DNA of 64,000 nt from Nemertoderma westbladi (GCA_032718475.1 JAUCBJ010001142.1:64871-128870), one strand, 5' to 3'; shown: positions 35,448 through 49,368, counted from the first letter of the stretch. Program-made: numbers and translations. The notes: generated from the letters alone by a model not told the origin.

Positions 35448-37111
35448 TATATTAGTTAGCGTCTTTGGACGATTATACTGTAGTACTGCACCTTGTTTTT
35501 TTTTTATTACACATTAACTGTCTCTCCAGTAAAGTTAAACAAATTAAGTATACTCAATCAAAAGTAAGTTATTTAACAATCAAACGCTGTTGCTTGATCA
35601 TCATTCCTTGAAGACTTTAGCGTAAAACCAAATAATATAAATGCTACCATGTCTAACTGAGATTATTTAAATTTTTAATCATAAAAGATCCAGCTGATAC
35701 TATAATATTATTATTATTTTTTTTTATTTATTCTACCCTGTTTATTTAATCTATGTATGTAATATTTTACTTCTGATCTTTGGCGGATCATTTTACTGTA
35801 CAGTATGTGCCGGTACTTATAGTATTAGTATATAGTATTGATATATTTGTTTTATATTTTATGTATCTTTTGTATCTTTTACTATATGTATATTTATATA
35901 TTTGGTTTTTAATTTAGTATGACTTGGATATTACAAAAAGTACATAGTAGCCTATTCATATTATAGATTATATTATTATTATTGTTATTGTTTTATGGAT
36001 TATTCTACTTTAGCAATTTAGTTCCAACGTATTTGTCATTAGTGAATTCTCGATATTTGTTCGTTTGTTAGATAATCAATATAGTACATACAGTATTAAT
36101 TGTAGGCCTTTAATATTTAGTAAAATATAATACTTAATATATTTATTAATTCAAAGATCTGAAGAAATTGGAAATTACTTAAATTCACTATTGTACAAAC
36201 CCGCCTAAACAGCAAAAAATTATATATAAATTATAAAAGCACGTGTATTTTAAATATTTATGATTAGATGTGATTATACAGTATAATGATTATATAACAA
36301 TAGTATGATGTACATATTTTTTAATAGTAGGCCCTATAGAAATGGAAATGGAAATTGACTACTAAGTAAAAACACAGTTAAACATCACACTACTAAAACG
36401 AACCGTTATTAAAAGCTTTCTCTTAAAAAAATGATCTCTAAAAATGCCTTCTAAAATGACTCTTTCCTTACCTATATGCTAAGAATTGGGGTAGGCCTAC
36501 AGGGGTTGTTTAACTACGTATCTGTATTAATCTGTCATATCTATGACATTTGTAACCATGCTGAATATTTATGACGTAAAAAATATAGAAATTAAAGTGT
36601 AAACATTAAAAATTTTAAGGAAATTAATATACAGTAGGCCTATTAATTAATAAAAATATAAACAGTAATTAGGCCCTATGTATGTATGTACGGTATGCAG
36701 GTATGTACAGTATGTATTTATTTATTAAGTTTATTATTTCTGTATTTCAGTATTTATTTTGTTGAATATTGAATCCGGTAATCCAGTAATCAATACAGCA
36801 ATAGCTGAATAGGTTCTTACTACTGTACTACAGTCAGACAGTACTACTACAGTACTACATGTACAGCATATAGTACTGTATAAGTATAATATATTATATT
36901 ATATACTATAATAATTTATTGTTAAAGTTATATTTTAAAATTATGTTTTTATCAATATCAATATAATATTTTTACTATAATTATACTGTATATTTATTTT
37001 ACTTAAATTACTCTGTGGTGCCTCATGCACGGCTGAGTGCATTTTATTGCCCTATGTACCGGTAATATTTCTTGTATGTGAAAATTTTAACTGATGTGTC
37101 ATTAAATCAAA

Positions 37112-38024
37112 TCAATTCAATTCATTCAATTCAGCAGTACAGCTGCCTAGGCATCCGCTTGACACTTGAGCTCCGGACGTGGACGTGGATTGACCGTTAT
37201 CTGAGCGTATAGGCCTCGTTGTTTCGCCGGGACTGTCCGTGGTAGTAGATCGGCCGGTGGTGTTTCCGGGGGAGGCGCCGCCGATAAATAATACCTCCCG
37301 CACCTCGCGGACAAGGGGGTCCATTGGTGCCAACTTGCGCTGGGCTGGGAGTGCTACCGGTGCCAGCGGTGTCACAGACACGATGTGGATAGTGGGGGCC
37401 GAGGGTAGCTCTTCCCCTACTACCTGTCCGGGTTTCAACCACCCCACCACGAACCAGCCGCCGCCGAACTCGCACTGATGGCGAATAATGCCCTTGCTCG
37501 CCCTTGGAAGACCCTCCGTATCGTATGTCGTTACGCTGCCGGCGAGCGACGACTCCGTCACAAACAGTTTCGTGAACGCCCGCGAAACGAAGGGCTCCAC
37601 ATCTAGCCCCCCCAGCTCCGGGGCAGAGATTCTGACCTTGAAGGCCCAGGCCGGCTGGGACGCGGTGGTCCAGCAACTGCAGTTCAGTCCCTTCTGAGAA
37701 TCGCAGAAGGGGCCACGACAGACCGCGTCCGCGAACTCCACCCGCCGCACAGAAATGTTTTTTGTAGAAACAGAAAAGGAGGCGAACTTTGTGGAGTCGT
37801 ACACCGGCCGAATCGCGAACACCTTTGAATCGGTCGGAGAATCCGACAGGGGAAGAATGACCTCCTCGGTTGATACAACCGCGAAGTTTTTCTCCCCCTC
37901 GAACTCCGGGTTTAATATAGCGACCGTGCTGCCAACGCGCATGCGGCTGGCGAAATAGAGCAGTCTGGAAAACTCCGTCGGGCGTCTCATGATTACTGCG
38001 AACACCTCGTTGGATGCGAGACAT
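37112..38024 (-). CDS. Uncharacterised protein, last exon; Cys cluster CxGxxCDxQ...CxC, beta-rich
   Basis: Acceptor ttacttag|A at 38025/38024 is in frame with the 297-aa ORF; GC-rich coding-like island inside very AT-rich DNA. Confidence 0.7.
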
Positions 38025-38322
38025 CTAAGTAATTCAAAAAAATTGTTTATATATAGTTTGTTTGTAGGCCTAGTAGTTTATAGTGTTTATAGTTAGTATA
38101 GTAGTTTATTGTTTGTAGTAGTTTATATTTTTATAGTATTTTGAAACAGTTGAGTTAGCTACATTATAATACACAAATTTTTATATTATAATATCCAAAT
38201 TGCTTTTTACAATTAGAACAAAATTTATAGTATATTAATAGTAGTACCGGTAATTGTTAGTAGTAAGTACTGAAGTGTATTTATTTTTATAGATTAATAA
38301 AAAGTAGTAAATTTCAACAAAC

Positions 38323-38501
38323 CTGCAGAATATAAGTCTAGAATAAGTTAGTTCTTTCTTAGCTATCTTATGGCCGCCTCTTTTTGCTACAGCCACGGTT
38401 CCCGGTTTCGCCACATTTAATATCTGACATGATATATCGTATATCATCTTCCTCGTTTTCGCCACCAACGAGTTGCGGGACGGAAATAGTGGCAAACCCA
38501 T
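38323..38501 (-). CDS. Uncharacterised protein, first coding exon
   Basis: ATG at 38501, MGLPLFPSRN...TYSRLIFC; donor TGCAG|gtttgt at 38323/38322 (phase 2) joins in frame as YSRLIFCR/CLASNEVFAVI, giving ~360 aa in total. A further acceptor at 38575 and a donor AAG|gtaagt at 39001 suggest 5' UTR exons. Confidence 0.62.
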
Positions 38502-39532
38502 TTCCTAACAATATTCCGATATTGGCTTCCACATTTATTCCCTTCCAGATGGCCAATGAATAGGATGTCGGCATCTAAATTAGAAAACAATAACAAATTG
38601 CCCCAATAAGTATACTTACTCACATCACTATTATGATCATGTAAATATATTGTGATTTATAGTATTTTGTACAGCGATAAAAATGGTGGAAAGAACTTTC
38701 AAATAACAGTAAGTAAAAGTTAACAATTTACATTATTTATGCCGTATTTATTTATAAGAACTTATTTATAAGGTATATTAACTAATAAATGGATCGGTAA
38801 TGGTAGTGGAAGTCTTATTTTATTCCGATTGTATTGTACTTAATTTAATACATAACGTCTTACATAACATACCTAAATTATTAGATTCCATTTTAAAAAG
38901 GCAAATTAATAAGTATTAATTTTGCACTATATATATATTTAATCTTTAAATAATAATAACAATACTGCATATGAAGGAAAATAATATTTTAGCAACTTAC
39001 CTTTGATATTGAATACAGTTTTTGATACAGCAATTGATATGTATTTCCTCCGCTTTGATAATATTAATTTACTCGCTGTAAGGGTTAGAGATTAAGGCTT
39101 AAGATTTAACTAAACAAAAGTCCTAATTATTACGTTTGTATACTTAGAAAGTTAACCTAATTAATTTAATTAATATAAATAAGTTTTAACTAAATAATGT
39201 CTCTGTTATAATTGTAATTCTGTATTTTTAGGATTAAATTACCGACGTACTAGTTAAATCCGAAACAAACCACTATGGATATCATGTACATCATGTTCTT
39301 GTTAAAATACGCAAACGTGTTCTACATAATTCTAGAATATATCTATCATACCATCTCGATATCAGGAATACACATTATTATGTTATATTATGAATGCATA
39401 TGAAATATTTATTACTATTTTACTCTAGTTATTTTTTTATTATGTAAATGTAAAGGACAGATTATCAAAATTTATTATTTGATTATTTATTATTACTATT
39501 TAAATATTAATTTATAACTATAGTCTGAGAGT

Positions 39533-40144
39533 GTAATAACTATTTACTTACTTGTGTGTAAAGTAGCACTTTACAGTGTGATGATCTGAGTGGCTTTGTT
39601 ACACGAACGAACGTTAGTGAGTGAGTGAAAATAGAGCCACGAGGATCAGAACACTGTAAAGTACTTCGCAACAAGTATGTATGTAGTTTTATTCCAAAAT
39701 TTTAACATTACGAAATGATTGTATATATATTATAAGTGATAGAAACTGCACAAATTAAATTAGTTGCTGTATAAATAAATGTAAAAATGACATAAATTAT
39801 GTTATAAATAAGTTAGCTTATATTTATGGTGGCGTTTGGAGCCATGTTATAATAATATAGCTAGGCCCTACTGGTTATTAATAGGTATACCCCTCCTACC
39901 GATAGGTAATGCAGTAGGTCTATCTGGCTTTCAGGCAAATACCACCTATCGTTTACGTGGTAACCCATAACGATGTTAAGTAATGTCCACTAAGGGGACA
40001 TTACTTTAACTACTAACACCAAATACAATACTAAATGTACAGGCCAATACAATGCTGTAATGTCCTCTAAAGTTGTAAAATGCTAAATAACAACTCGCTG
40101 TTAATACTAACGGCGTTGAGTAATGTTACAATTTAGGAATAAAA
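39533..40144. mobile_element. Small hairpin-headed element (possibly a Crypton-like non-autonomous element)
   Basis: ~165-bp imperfect palindrome (ACTTTACAGTGT / ACACTGTAAAGT arms) ending TTTTATTCC, with the complementary GGAATAAAA at 40136. Confidence 0.35.
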
Positions 40145-43100
40145 TAAATCATGTCTTTAATTTATAAACCTATCAATCGTAAAGTAGGTTTATCGTTATG
40201 TCTACCAAAAGTAATATAACACACAGTGCTCTTATAATCATTGTTGTTTAACGTTGTAACTAGCAATAATACTACAGATCTGTAATTATACTGTACTACA
40301 GACCGGGGGGGGGGGGGGGGGGGGTGGGTTAGGGTTACACACCCGCCTTAGCGAATATATATTTTCGCATAGGCGACTGAACAATATTAAGTTAATTTCC
40401 CCTGAAGGATATTGAATTTTGATTATGTCCACGTCCAGAGTCCCCCCTATCTGACTACCATAGCAACATAGTTTCCGACTATAGACTATCATGTAATGTA
40501 CACAGTTCTAGAATATTTGTATTATAACAACAACATAGTCAAATGATTAACATGGCCTAATTCAGAAAATATACCGGCACGTTAAATTTCGTCCTTTGTA
40601 TTAATTAAATTATTAAATATAAAATAATAACAAAGTAGAAAATCCCACGTAATGCAATCCTCAACTAACATAACATTACAATCGTTAGTCTACCAAAACA
40701 CACAATTTGTCTGACATGGAGATTATTTAGCCTACCTCAGTAATGGTGTCGTCGGGGGGGGGGGGGCTTTAGTATCAGAAACTTAATCGTTTTGTTCTTT
40801 ATGCACTTTAATAATATGACGTCTTAATTTACTCCCCTTCTGTATGTGGCACATTCGATAAAGGAAAGCGTTTGTAGTAAGTAATCTTGTTTTTGAATGA
40901 ATGAAATTAATGAATCAACATATAAATGGCAAAACTAGTACCGGTACATTGTATCATTTTTACATCTATTTTTGTTATTAAACGGCAGGTGGGACAATTA
41001 AGTTTGCAAAATAAATTTTTTGTGAAAATATTTTAAAATGTTTTGTTATCGTTTATTTTATAACCTGTTTTATCCCAATTTAGAAATTTTCAATTTATCC
41101 TAATTTATACTACTTTATTATTTTAAATATTAATTAAATATAGTTTATAATAAATTTTATATTTTATTACTTATAGGCCTATATAACATACGGTAGGCCT
41201 ACATAAGCATACAGTACGTGTACACCCTACAATCAGTGTTGTTCGACGTTGTCACGGGCAGCAATTAATACTACAACTCGAACTCTAGAATATATTATAT
41301 TGCCATAGCGACATACATTATTTGTATATTGGTTAAACTAAATGCTTTAAATATGTTTTTAAACACTATCAAGAGTGTAACTATTTATTACAGGATAATT
41401 ATTAAAATAAACTTATTTGTACATTATTTATTTGTAATGTTACTGCATTTTATTTATATTTCTGCCGCATTAAGGCCACTACGTGGTTCCCTGTCATATT
41501 AGACAAACCCGCCGCCCGCCCACAATTTGTAATCTTAGCCGCTATACGAAAAATTAAATTTGTACTGAAAAGGTACCGTGTCTAACAATACCCACCCCCC
41601 GCCCATCGTGTGTCATTCGTGAAGGCAATGGTAATTAAGGCTAAAACAAACATCTATACGATTTTCCATTTGGTATAACTATAATATTGTCTCGGTAAAT
41701 TAATTGTTAATTTGACAACCCCCCACCCACCCTGCAATGCTTTGCAGATGTAACCAGCCCTGCGCTATAATGGCGATGGTAAAATATAACATTGTTCGAC
41801 ATAACTGGAAGCAATACTATGTTTTCCACTTAGTTTTCTATCCGAAATACACAATGACGTTACGTCAGCGAATTCTTGAGTTTCTCGGACATATAAATGC
41901 TCGGTAATTGGGAATTATTCATTTATTGAGTTTGAGAAGTTATTACATTTTAAAGAAATTCGGCGATCAACCAGATTCAAGCGAACCATCAACACTTTTT
42001 AAGGTTCACCAATAATTCATCCACTATGTTGTGTCGAAATAAATCTACACGATAAACGATCCCTCATAACTTATCACAATTTACAATGTACTTGTCTCGT
42101 AAGTACTGAGAGACCTCCCTTTTGATTGGATATTGCAGTTATATAGAAGAGTATATAATGCTTTTTAGTATCGGGATCGGCCCATTAATCTAACCAAAAT
42201 ATGAAAATAAGATAATTGTAGAGATTTCATTAATTATATTTTCAAATCAACATAATACAGGATAATAATTACTAAACATATTTCATAGTAATTACATATG
42301 CATGCACAAACGTACAGTATTAATGTACGTGTGAATCAGTTTATTTTAATATAAATACTTATTTAAACATTTATATTTATAATGCTTAGGATTTTGAATG
42401 TAAACTTGAAAACTAATATTTTTATTTTAAATGTGCCCTACTCAAAAAATGTAACTGCACATTAATTAAGAAAGTCTTCATCCATACTGCATTATAAATC
42501 ATGTTATTAAACATAATGATAAAAAGTAAGTAAATAACAAATAAAACTGCTGCGATTTCGGAATTAAGTTTTAATAGAACAATAAAATTAGTTTCGAATT
42601 ATATGGATCATCAGCGTAATAGCTGAAGGGTGAATTAGTTAGCACAGCATTATGTAATAGGTAGGAGAGATATATGTTGTTTTTATGTAAGTAATTTTTG
42701 CGGTATGAAAACAATTATTATTGGCATAAGCAGTATAGTATCAACCATGACAATATTACAATTAAAACATGTTCTTTATTGACCGAGAAAATAAAAGTCT
42801 TAAAACTTTTAAATGATTTAATTGCAATACCGTGCAATTGGTCTACAGAAAATTAGTTAGCAATAGCTACGGATTGGGGTTTATCCAAAGCTATTAAAAC
42901 TAACTTCGTAGTTTCTGATTAAACACACATAGTTGAGTATTATCCGCTCTACCGCAACATTGGGACATGGGTTGGTGCGCATTGTCTTAATGTGACATGA
43001 ATAGGATTTATTATTAGTATTTGTTAGTGTTAGTTAAAGTTAGTTATAATAATCCGACGTAATGGGATATGGATGCGTAATGATTGGACCAAAATGCGAC

Positions 43101-46100
43101 ATAGGTGGGTAAAGATTTGTCCAAAGGGACATGATGGGTGGATATTGGACAATGTAGACTACAGTATGATTATTCTTGAACACAAAAATAGGAAGTAGGC
43201 CTACAATAGCAATGAGAACACAACTCGTTATTTGGCATAGGATGGGTGTGGCATCACAATGCCTCATAACCAATCATGTTTGTTTTTAGTGGAGATGTTT
43301 AAATTTTAGTAATAGTAACCATAAATGGGTGTTACTATACTCCAACAATACTCACTATACTACTGTTTACTATTGAATGGGTATGTTGATATTAGTAGGC
43401 CTATGTACATTAAGTACTAATGAATATTGCTATATTAGTATTAATTGTAAGTACTGCAGTAATGGGGTGTTGATATTAATTACATAATGGATGGTCGTAG
43501 GCTTGTGTGCTGAGTTTTTGCGAGAGTTTATTTAGTACATGAAGTACTTGTGAAGTGTTTATAATAAGTAAAATAAGTACATTTTTTGAGGTGTATAAAT
43601 GTAGTCCTACACAATTATTTTACTTGCAAACAGCGAAACGCGGGTGTCTGTAAATTGTAGACGAAGACCACGCACTGCATACAGAGAGAGGACATGAGTT
43701 ACAGTCTACGCCACAAGACACCGAAATTTAGTTTCAATTTTATTTTCGATTTAACGGACAACACTAATCCTTATTATTGATTGACCGGTAGAGAAGGCCT
43801 ATTTATTATATTAGGCCTATTGTATAGGGCTAAGTAATAATTATTGATTGCTGTTTGATGTAGATAGTTATTATGTATTATTACCTACCTTTTAAAGTTC
43901 AGCCTAGCGACAAATGAATAAAAATATATTGGTATAAACAAATAATGGAAGGTGAAGAATAAATAGTAATAATTAATAAATTAATTAATGCAGTACAGAT
44001 TCCAAATATTGTTACATTCTGTTGAGTTACTAATTGCATTTCTCATATTTCAAATGTGTTCAACACATTCATTGTACTGTACATATTCCAAGCACGAACG
44101 TACATTTTACAGCATATTTGCACGTACATGCACGTACATACATTAGGGATGGGTCGAACAAATTTATTTCCAAATTGAATTGGCTGGAATGGAATAAAAC
44201 ACACAACAAAATTTATTAATTTTGTATAAAGGAAGGAACACCATCCGCAATTAGCACACAATGTGCCAAATGTTGGTGATATACCGCATTGCGGTTATAA
44301 CCGCTTTTAGTGATGATAATATTGTAGTACCTTCTCATATTCTATTGATCTTAGTTAGGTCTCATTGGAACCGCAATGATCAATTTAGTTGGAGGGGTTT
44401 GTGTCTACTTACACTAAATTGATGATATGATTGCGGTTCTAATAAGCCCAAGTAGATTGCATAATAAAACTAGTGTGCATGCATAGTAAACAAACTTACT
44501 GTAGTATGGTACTATTATAGTGTATAAAATATACTAAAAGTATAGTGTACTATGAATACTATAAAAGTAATATGAGTAAAATATAAATGACCCCATGATA
44601 TCCGTACATATTGACTTGTAAATGACAACTTTTTCTTTAAATTATTGTTTTCCTACATGTAGCTATCTATCCTGAGATAACCATATCAATCTTAGTATTA
44701 AAATCTACCAGAAAGGTAAACATGTCATCATGGGGTCATTTGATAATATTATTAATAACAACAAAATATAACAGTATGTCTCCTTTACAATGCATTATAG
44801 TACAGCAGATCATACAAATAACTCCAGCTTAATCTAGACTTGTAAACCTTACCAAAGGCCGGGATTTTATATTTAATATTATTTTAAATCAGTATTTTTT
44901 ATTGGAGTTATAATTACTATAAGATAAAGTAAAGGAGACTATCATATAAAACTGTTACGCAACACGGCGGCTACCAGATCATATAATTGGTATGTTAATT
45001 ACCAGGGTGAGTGGATTATAATATATACGATGTTTCTAAAAGTATACCGTATTGGTACCGGTACCGAAGGCTCCTTTCGATAGCTGCTACCCGAGAGTAA
45101 TAAGGCTGGGCGCTACTCCCATCCCTTCTACTCCCAGCTATTCGTAAAACACGGTACCTACTTACGCAACACGGCAATATTAACAGACCAAACATTTAAT
45201 AATATAATATTAACTAGGCCAATGTGAGTGCGTAAATAGGATACGGTATTAAAAATGAGATTATTACTAAAATTATATACCGTATATTGGTAGCGATACT
45301 TAAAGGAATATGGCGTAAGGCGTAATATTATAAATGTACTGTTTTACAGCACATACCTTAAAGAATTAAAATAAACAACAAATTAATATTCGATTTTAGG
45401 TTTATGGAAAAATAGTACGTACGTACCATTGCGTTCGACGAATTTTTAAATTAATTTGACAAAAGTGTGCCATATTTTTTATATTTGTGATCCAAAGCCT
45501 AAGAATCATTAGATCACAGTTAGTTTAGTAAATAGTTAGTTTAAAGTAAATAATCAGTAAGTATAATTGATACCAATTGAACGTGAACGACTGAGTATAG
45601 AGTGAACTCTAAAAAAATAGTTAAAATAAAAAAAAATAGTGTTTTTGGAAAAAATTGTAAAAAATATGGCAGCAGATTTTAATATGAAATATATAGAGGC
45701 GCCTGCGTTGCATGAGTCCCCAGCTGGTAGGAATAAAAACAATGCGTAATAAGTTTGGTGTACATGTTGAGATAAAGGACATAAAATAATAGAGATAAAA
45801 GTAAATAACAGACAGAGGCAAATGTCTGATTTACAGGGAGTGCCAAAATAAAGTTACTGTTTTATTTTCACAATTTTGGAGGCTAAAGCCAAAACGAAAA
45901 TTCAAACTTCGATGTCAAATTTTCGTCCATAGAAATAGAGTGATACATTTTTCAGACACTATAACAGTCTAAGTCAAGGAACAATATTATAAAACAATTC
46001 CCGAGGCGGGAAAATTCCTACCTGAAAAGAATTGAAAAAATATTACATCCTTGAAAAAGACTGTCTTTCTAAAGCAACATACTAACTAGACTCTATGAGT

Positions 46101-46964
46101 GGGGTTATCCATATTAAATTATACACCAAACTTATTAATTGCAAAGATATAATAGAAATTAACTATTCTAGATAATTAAATAAATAATTTGTGATGGGAC
46201 TACGTCAATGTAATAGCCTCCAATCACCCCTGGATAGCCATCACTATACAATATGTTACTAGTTCGCCCACAATTTTATATATTTTGTCTCATTAAATTC
46301 AATCTAGAATGTAGATAATATACAAAAGCATCTGTTTTTATTCGTAACAGATTGAACGCTGTGTGTAATGTTCGGATTAGAGGAGAAACATGTGGCAATT
46401 CTAAAAAAGGGTGGAGTTAATTTTTTTTTTTGAAATTGATATTATCTGAATAGAAAACAAGTAAATAGAGTGATTCAGTTGTTCATTCAGAGTTTGCTTT
46501 TTTCATAGGCTATATGTGATAGTAATCTAGTAGTAAACAAATGATTATTTCGTTTTTAACTCAAGTTTAATAACTTTGAAAATGAGAAAATGAAAATTAT
46601 AAAAGAGTGGAAGATCACCCATGGTGGTAAACATTTTTTAGGCATTCCCTGTTTTAGTGTAAGCCTAAAAAATTCTCCCATTCAATGTCAGTAGTTCATA
46701 ATTAGTCTATTTGACTCATTTATTTTTTTGTAAATATGTTACTTATTTATTACGAACGAATGAAGTGGTAGGCATATGTTTATTTTTTCTATCATCTTTA
46801 CTTATTTATTGCAAGTCAAATTTAAATTGCATTGAGCACGGATAAAAAAAATTGATATAATACGTTTATTTTTACATCAATCGTGTGTTTTCTACTTTGT
46901 GCAATATTCCAAGAGGTAAAAATGACAATTTTGAAAAAAATAAATTACACTCCACCCTACCTAC

Positions 46965-49368
46965 CTACTGTGTTGTCATTTGCACAAGTGTAAGAGTGTC
47001 GAACAGTATGTGTAGTAGTGCGTCTTGTGCAAACTGCAGGACTTGGGAACTATTTAGACCATCGTGTAATGATGATGTAATATAGTTCCTCAAGACCTGC
47101 CTGTGTGTAATGTTTTGTGGGTGACGCCCCCCACCTGTAAATCCTGTAATATAAAATAGTACGTACCACCTACCCAGAGGCCTACAGTAATTAGATTGAA
47201 CCACACCCTCGGAATTGTGTTTGCGAAGCTGTTTTTTTAGGTTTTCAGCTTCGCCTATGTAAGTAGTACCTGGTTCATCTATGGACTCAAGGCAGTAGAC
47301 AAATCCCGTAGATGTGTTAGGGATCAGTCTACGATATGGAGGGATGGGGTTATCGGCCGCTAAATTTATTAAATTATCGCGTATGATGGGATCCTTTAGA
47401 CAATCCCTTTTGTCAATCATGCGGTTGGTGAGAACCGCATAACAAGACGGCACCTTCAATAAGGAACGGATTGCCTTAAGGGTCTCATCAAAGTTTCCAA
47501 CAAACATTAGGTCATCCAAAGTACGGACCCTGGATACCAAAACTAATAATTGTTCCTTGAGCCATAGAATCCAGATGTTGTCCCGTAGTGTTTTTTAGAT
47601 TTAGGATTACGTACATAGCCTATTTGAGTAGCTACTTTGCCACATGTTTCTCCCATAACCCTGTAGTGAGTCATGGCCGTCACATGAAGTAGGGGCCACT
47701 GTTCTCGGTGGGCCTTTTGTTGGTGAATACCTACTTCAATGTCAACAGACACATGTCGACGTAAAGATATCAGTGGATAGTGACTGACATTGTTTACGTC
47801 GATATGTATCTCTTGTAGCGGCGCTAGACGGACTATCACTCGCTGTTCCTCCAATGGATCAGTGTCCACTGGAAGATCCTCAATTACCACCAATTGCCCC
47901 TGTGAAAAAGTATGCCCCCCAACTTTCCCATTGTATGTTAATCTCATGATCCCTCCCTTATGGATAAATAATTCCCTTTTTTCTAGAACATTTTTTGTTA
48001 GTGCGTTTGAAACCCTTGGTGATGCAGCCAGCCAGTTATTAATCCCACATTTCATACTATCCATGCTTGTGTATGTACTCCCCTCCACGCCTGTTTGAGA
48101 TTTTAATTTTGTGAGGTAGATGTCAGTGGCATGCTCTTCGGCTCTGCGTGTTCCCAAAATTGAGGTGTACTCAGAAGGAACATCCTCCCACGTTGGTACG
48201 ATGTGTCTCTCGCACCGTCTACGAAAGATGGAAATAACTGACTCAACCTCCTCGTCGTTCAGCGACGGACGTCTCAGTAACTCGAGCAAGTCACGGAGGT
48301 CCGAGTCACTCGCTGAACGAACGTATTGGTTGAGTCTTGCTATCCTGAAGGTGGTCATAAAGTGGGGTGACAGCCAGATGGGAAGTCCCGATATAGGTGG
48401 CAACTGTGCCGGGTCGCCGCTGGCGATTAACAGAGTGCCACCGAACGGAACATCCACATCCTTGACCTTTCGGAGGACGTGATCTAGTACGGCAAAATCT
48501 TCTGCACTAAACAGGCCGATTTCGTCGACTAGAATCACGTCCACACGCTGCAGGACTGCCATCCCCACTTTACTCCTCGCTAGGTTAAGCAGGCTTTCCT
48601 CGGCTAACCTGCCTACTAGCTTTTTACCAGCAGCAGTTCCATAGCGCCCCAAACTAAGGAACCGGTGGTAATGGATTCCACCTAAGACGCGGGATCTCCG
48701 GCTGGTGAGGGAAATAAGGGCAACTTTTAAATTCCGGGCTAAGGCATGTGCGCCTGCTGTCAGGAGTACGTGAGTCTTCCCTGTCCCCGGAGCGCCTACA
48801 ATAACCGGAGATTCGACAAATCTTGTTGTTGGATCTTTGAGTTTGTCGATAGATTGTTTACAAAGATCTAAACAAGCTCGTTGTTCCAATACTGAAGCTT
48901 CATTTTGTAACGGACATTGATTTATGACTGCTTCCCAGTCCTGTGGTAAAATGTTACCTGAAACTTGGCATAAGTTATCATCAGGGAGGTTATAAACCCC
49001 CTGTTCCCTGAAACCCTTTATTAAGTTGGCATGGCGAGTAAATTCCTGACTTGCCAGGTCAGCTTCAGCTTCAGCTTGGAACAACGATTCCAACACCAAA
49101 GGCATGTTGGTATATTTCAGACCTTCCCCAGCCAAAAAGTGTTTAAGCGTGAAATTTGACATATTGAATAATTTTTCAAATTGTCTTGTGCTTATGGCTT
49201 TGTGCTGCAACTGTTTCATGACGTAATCATGACGGAGTTTGAGGGATTCAGCTTCCGTCACATTACGCCAATCACCAACAAGTTTAGCACGCTGGAAACT
49301 TTCCAATAAATTTTGACAGGAATACAAATCAATTTCATTTGTAAAATGCCCCATTGATAAAAGGAGAT
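46965..49368 (-). pseudogene. Pif1-family (SF1B) helicase fused to a C-terminal SLX1-like GIY-YIG nuclease; 5'-truncated, with one frameshift near 47591-47596
   Basis: Walker A GAPGTGKT, Walker B ILVDEIG, Pif1-type VPFGGTLLIASGDPAQLPPI, LNQYVRS, QWPLLHVTAMTHYRVMGET; after a -1 shift, LWLKEQLLVLVSRVRTLDDL (motif VI), then GFVYCLES...TYIGEAENLKKQLRKHN...RP..W..LFYITGF. Confidence 0.85.

Noticed and set aside
37197-38024. Overlapping 275-aa alternative-frame ORF
   Set aside because: The Arg/Gly-rich composition is typical of an off-frame reading of GC-rich coding DNA, and the splice phase supports the other frame.
45696-45728. Possible Helitron 3' end (weak hairpin then CTGG|T)
   Set aside because: The stem is poorly paired, it is on the opposite strand to the helicase gene, and no matching 5' end was found.
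47579-47615. Programmed -1 frameshift or a 32-nt intron as the cause of the helicase frame change
   Set aside because: There is no canonical X XXY YYZ heptamer in frame, and the would-be intron (GTACGT...CTACGG) lacks a terminal AG; a 1-nt loss in the A6 run is simpler.
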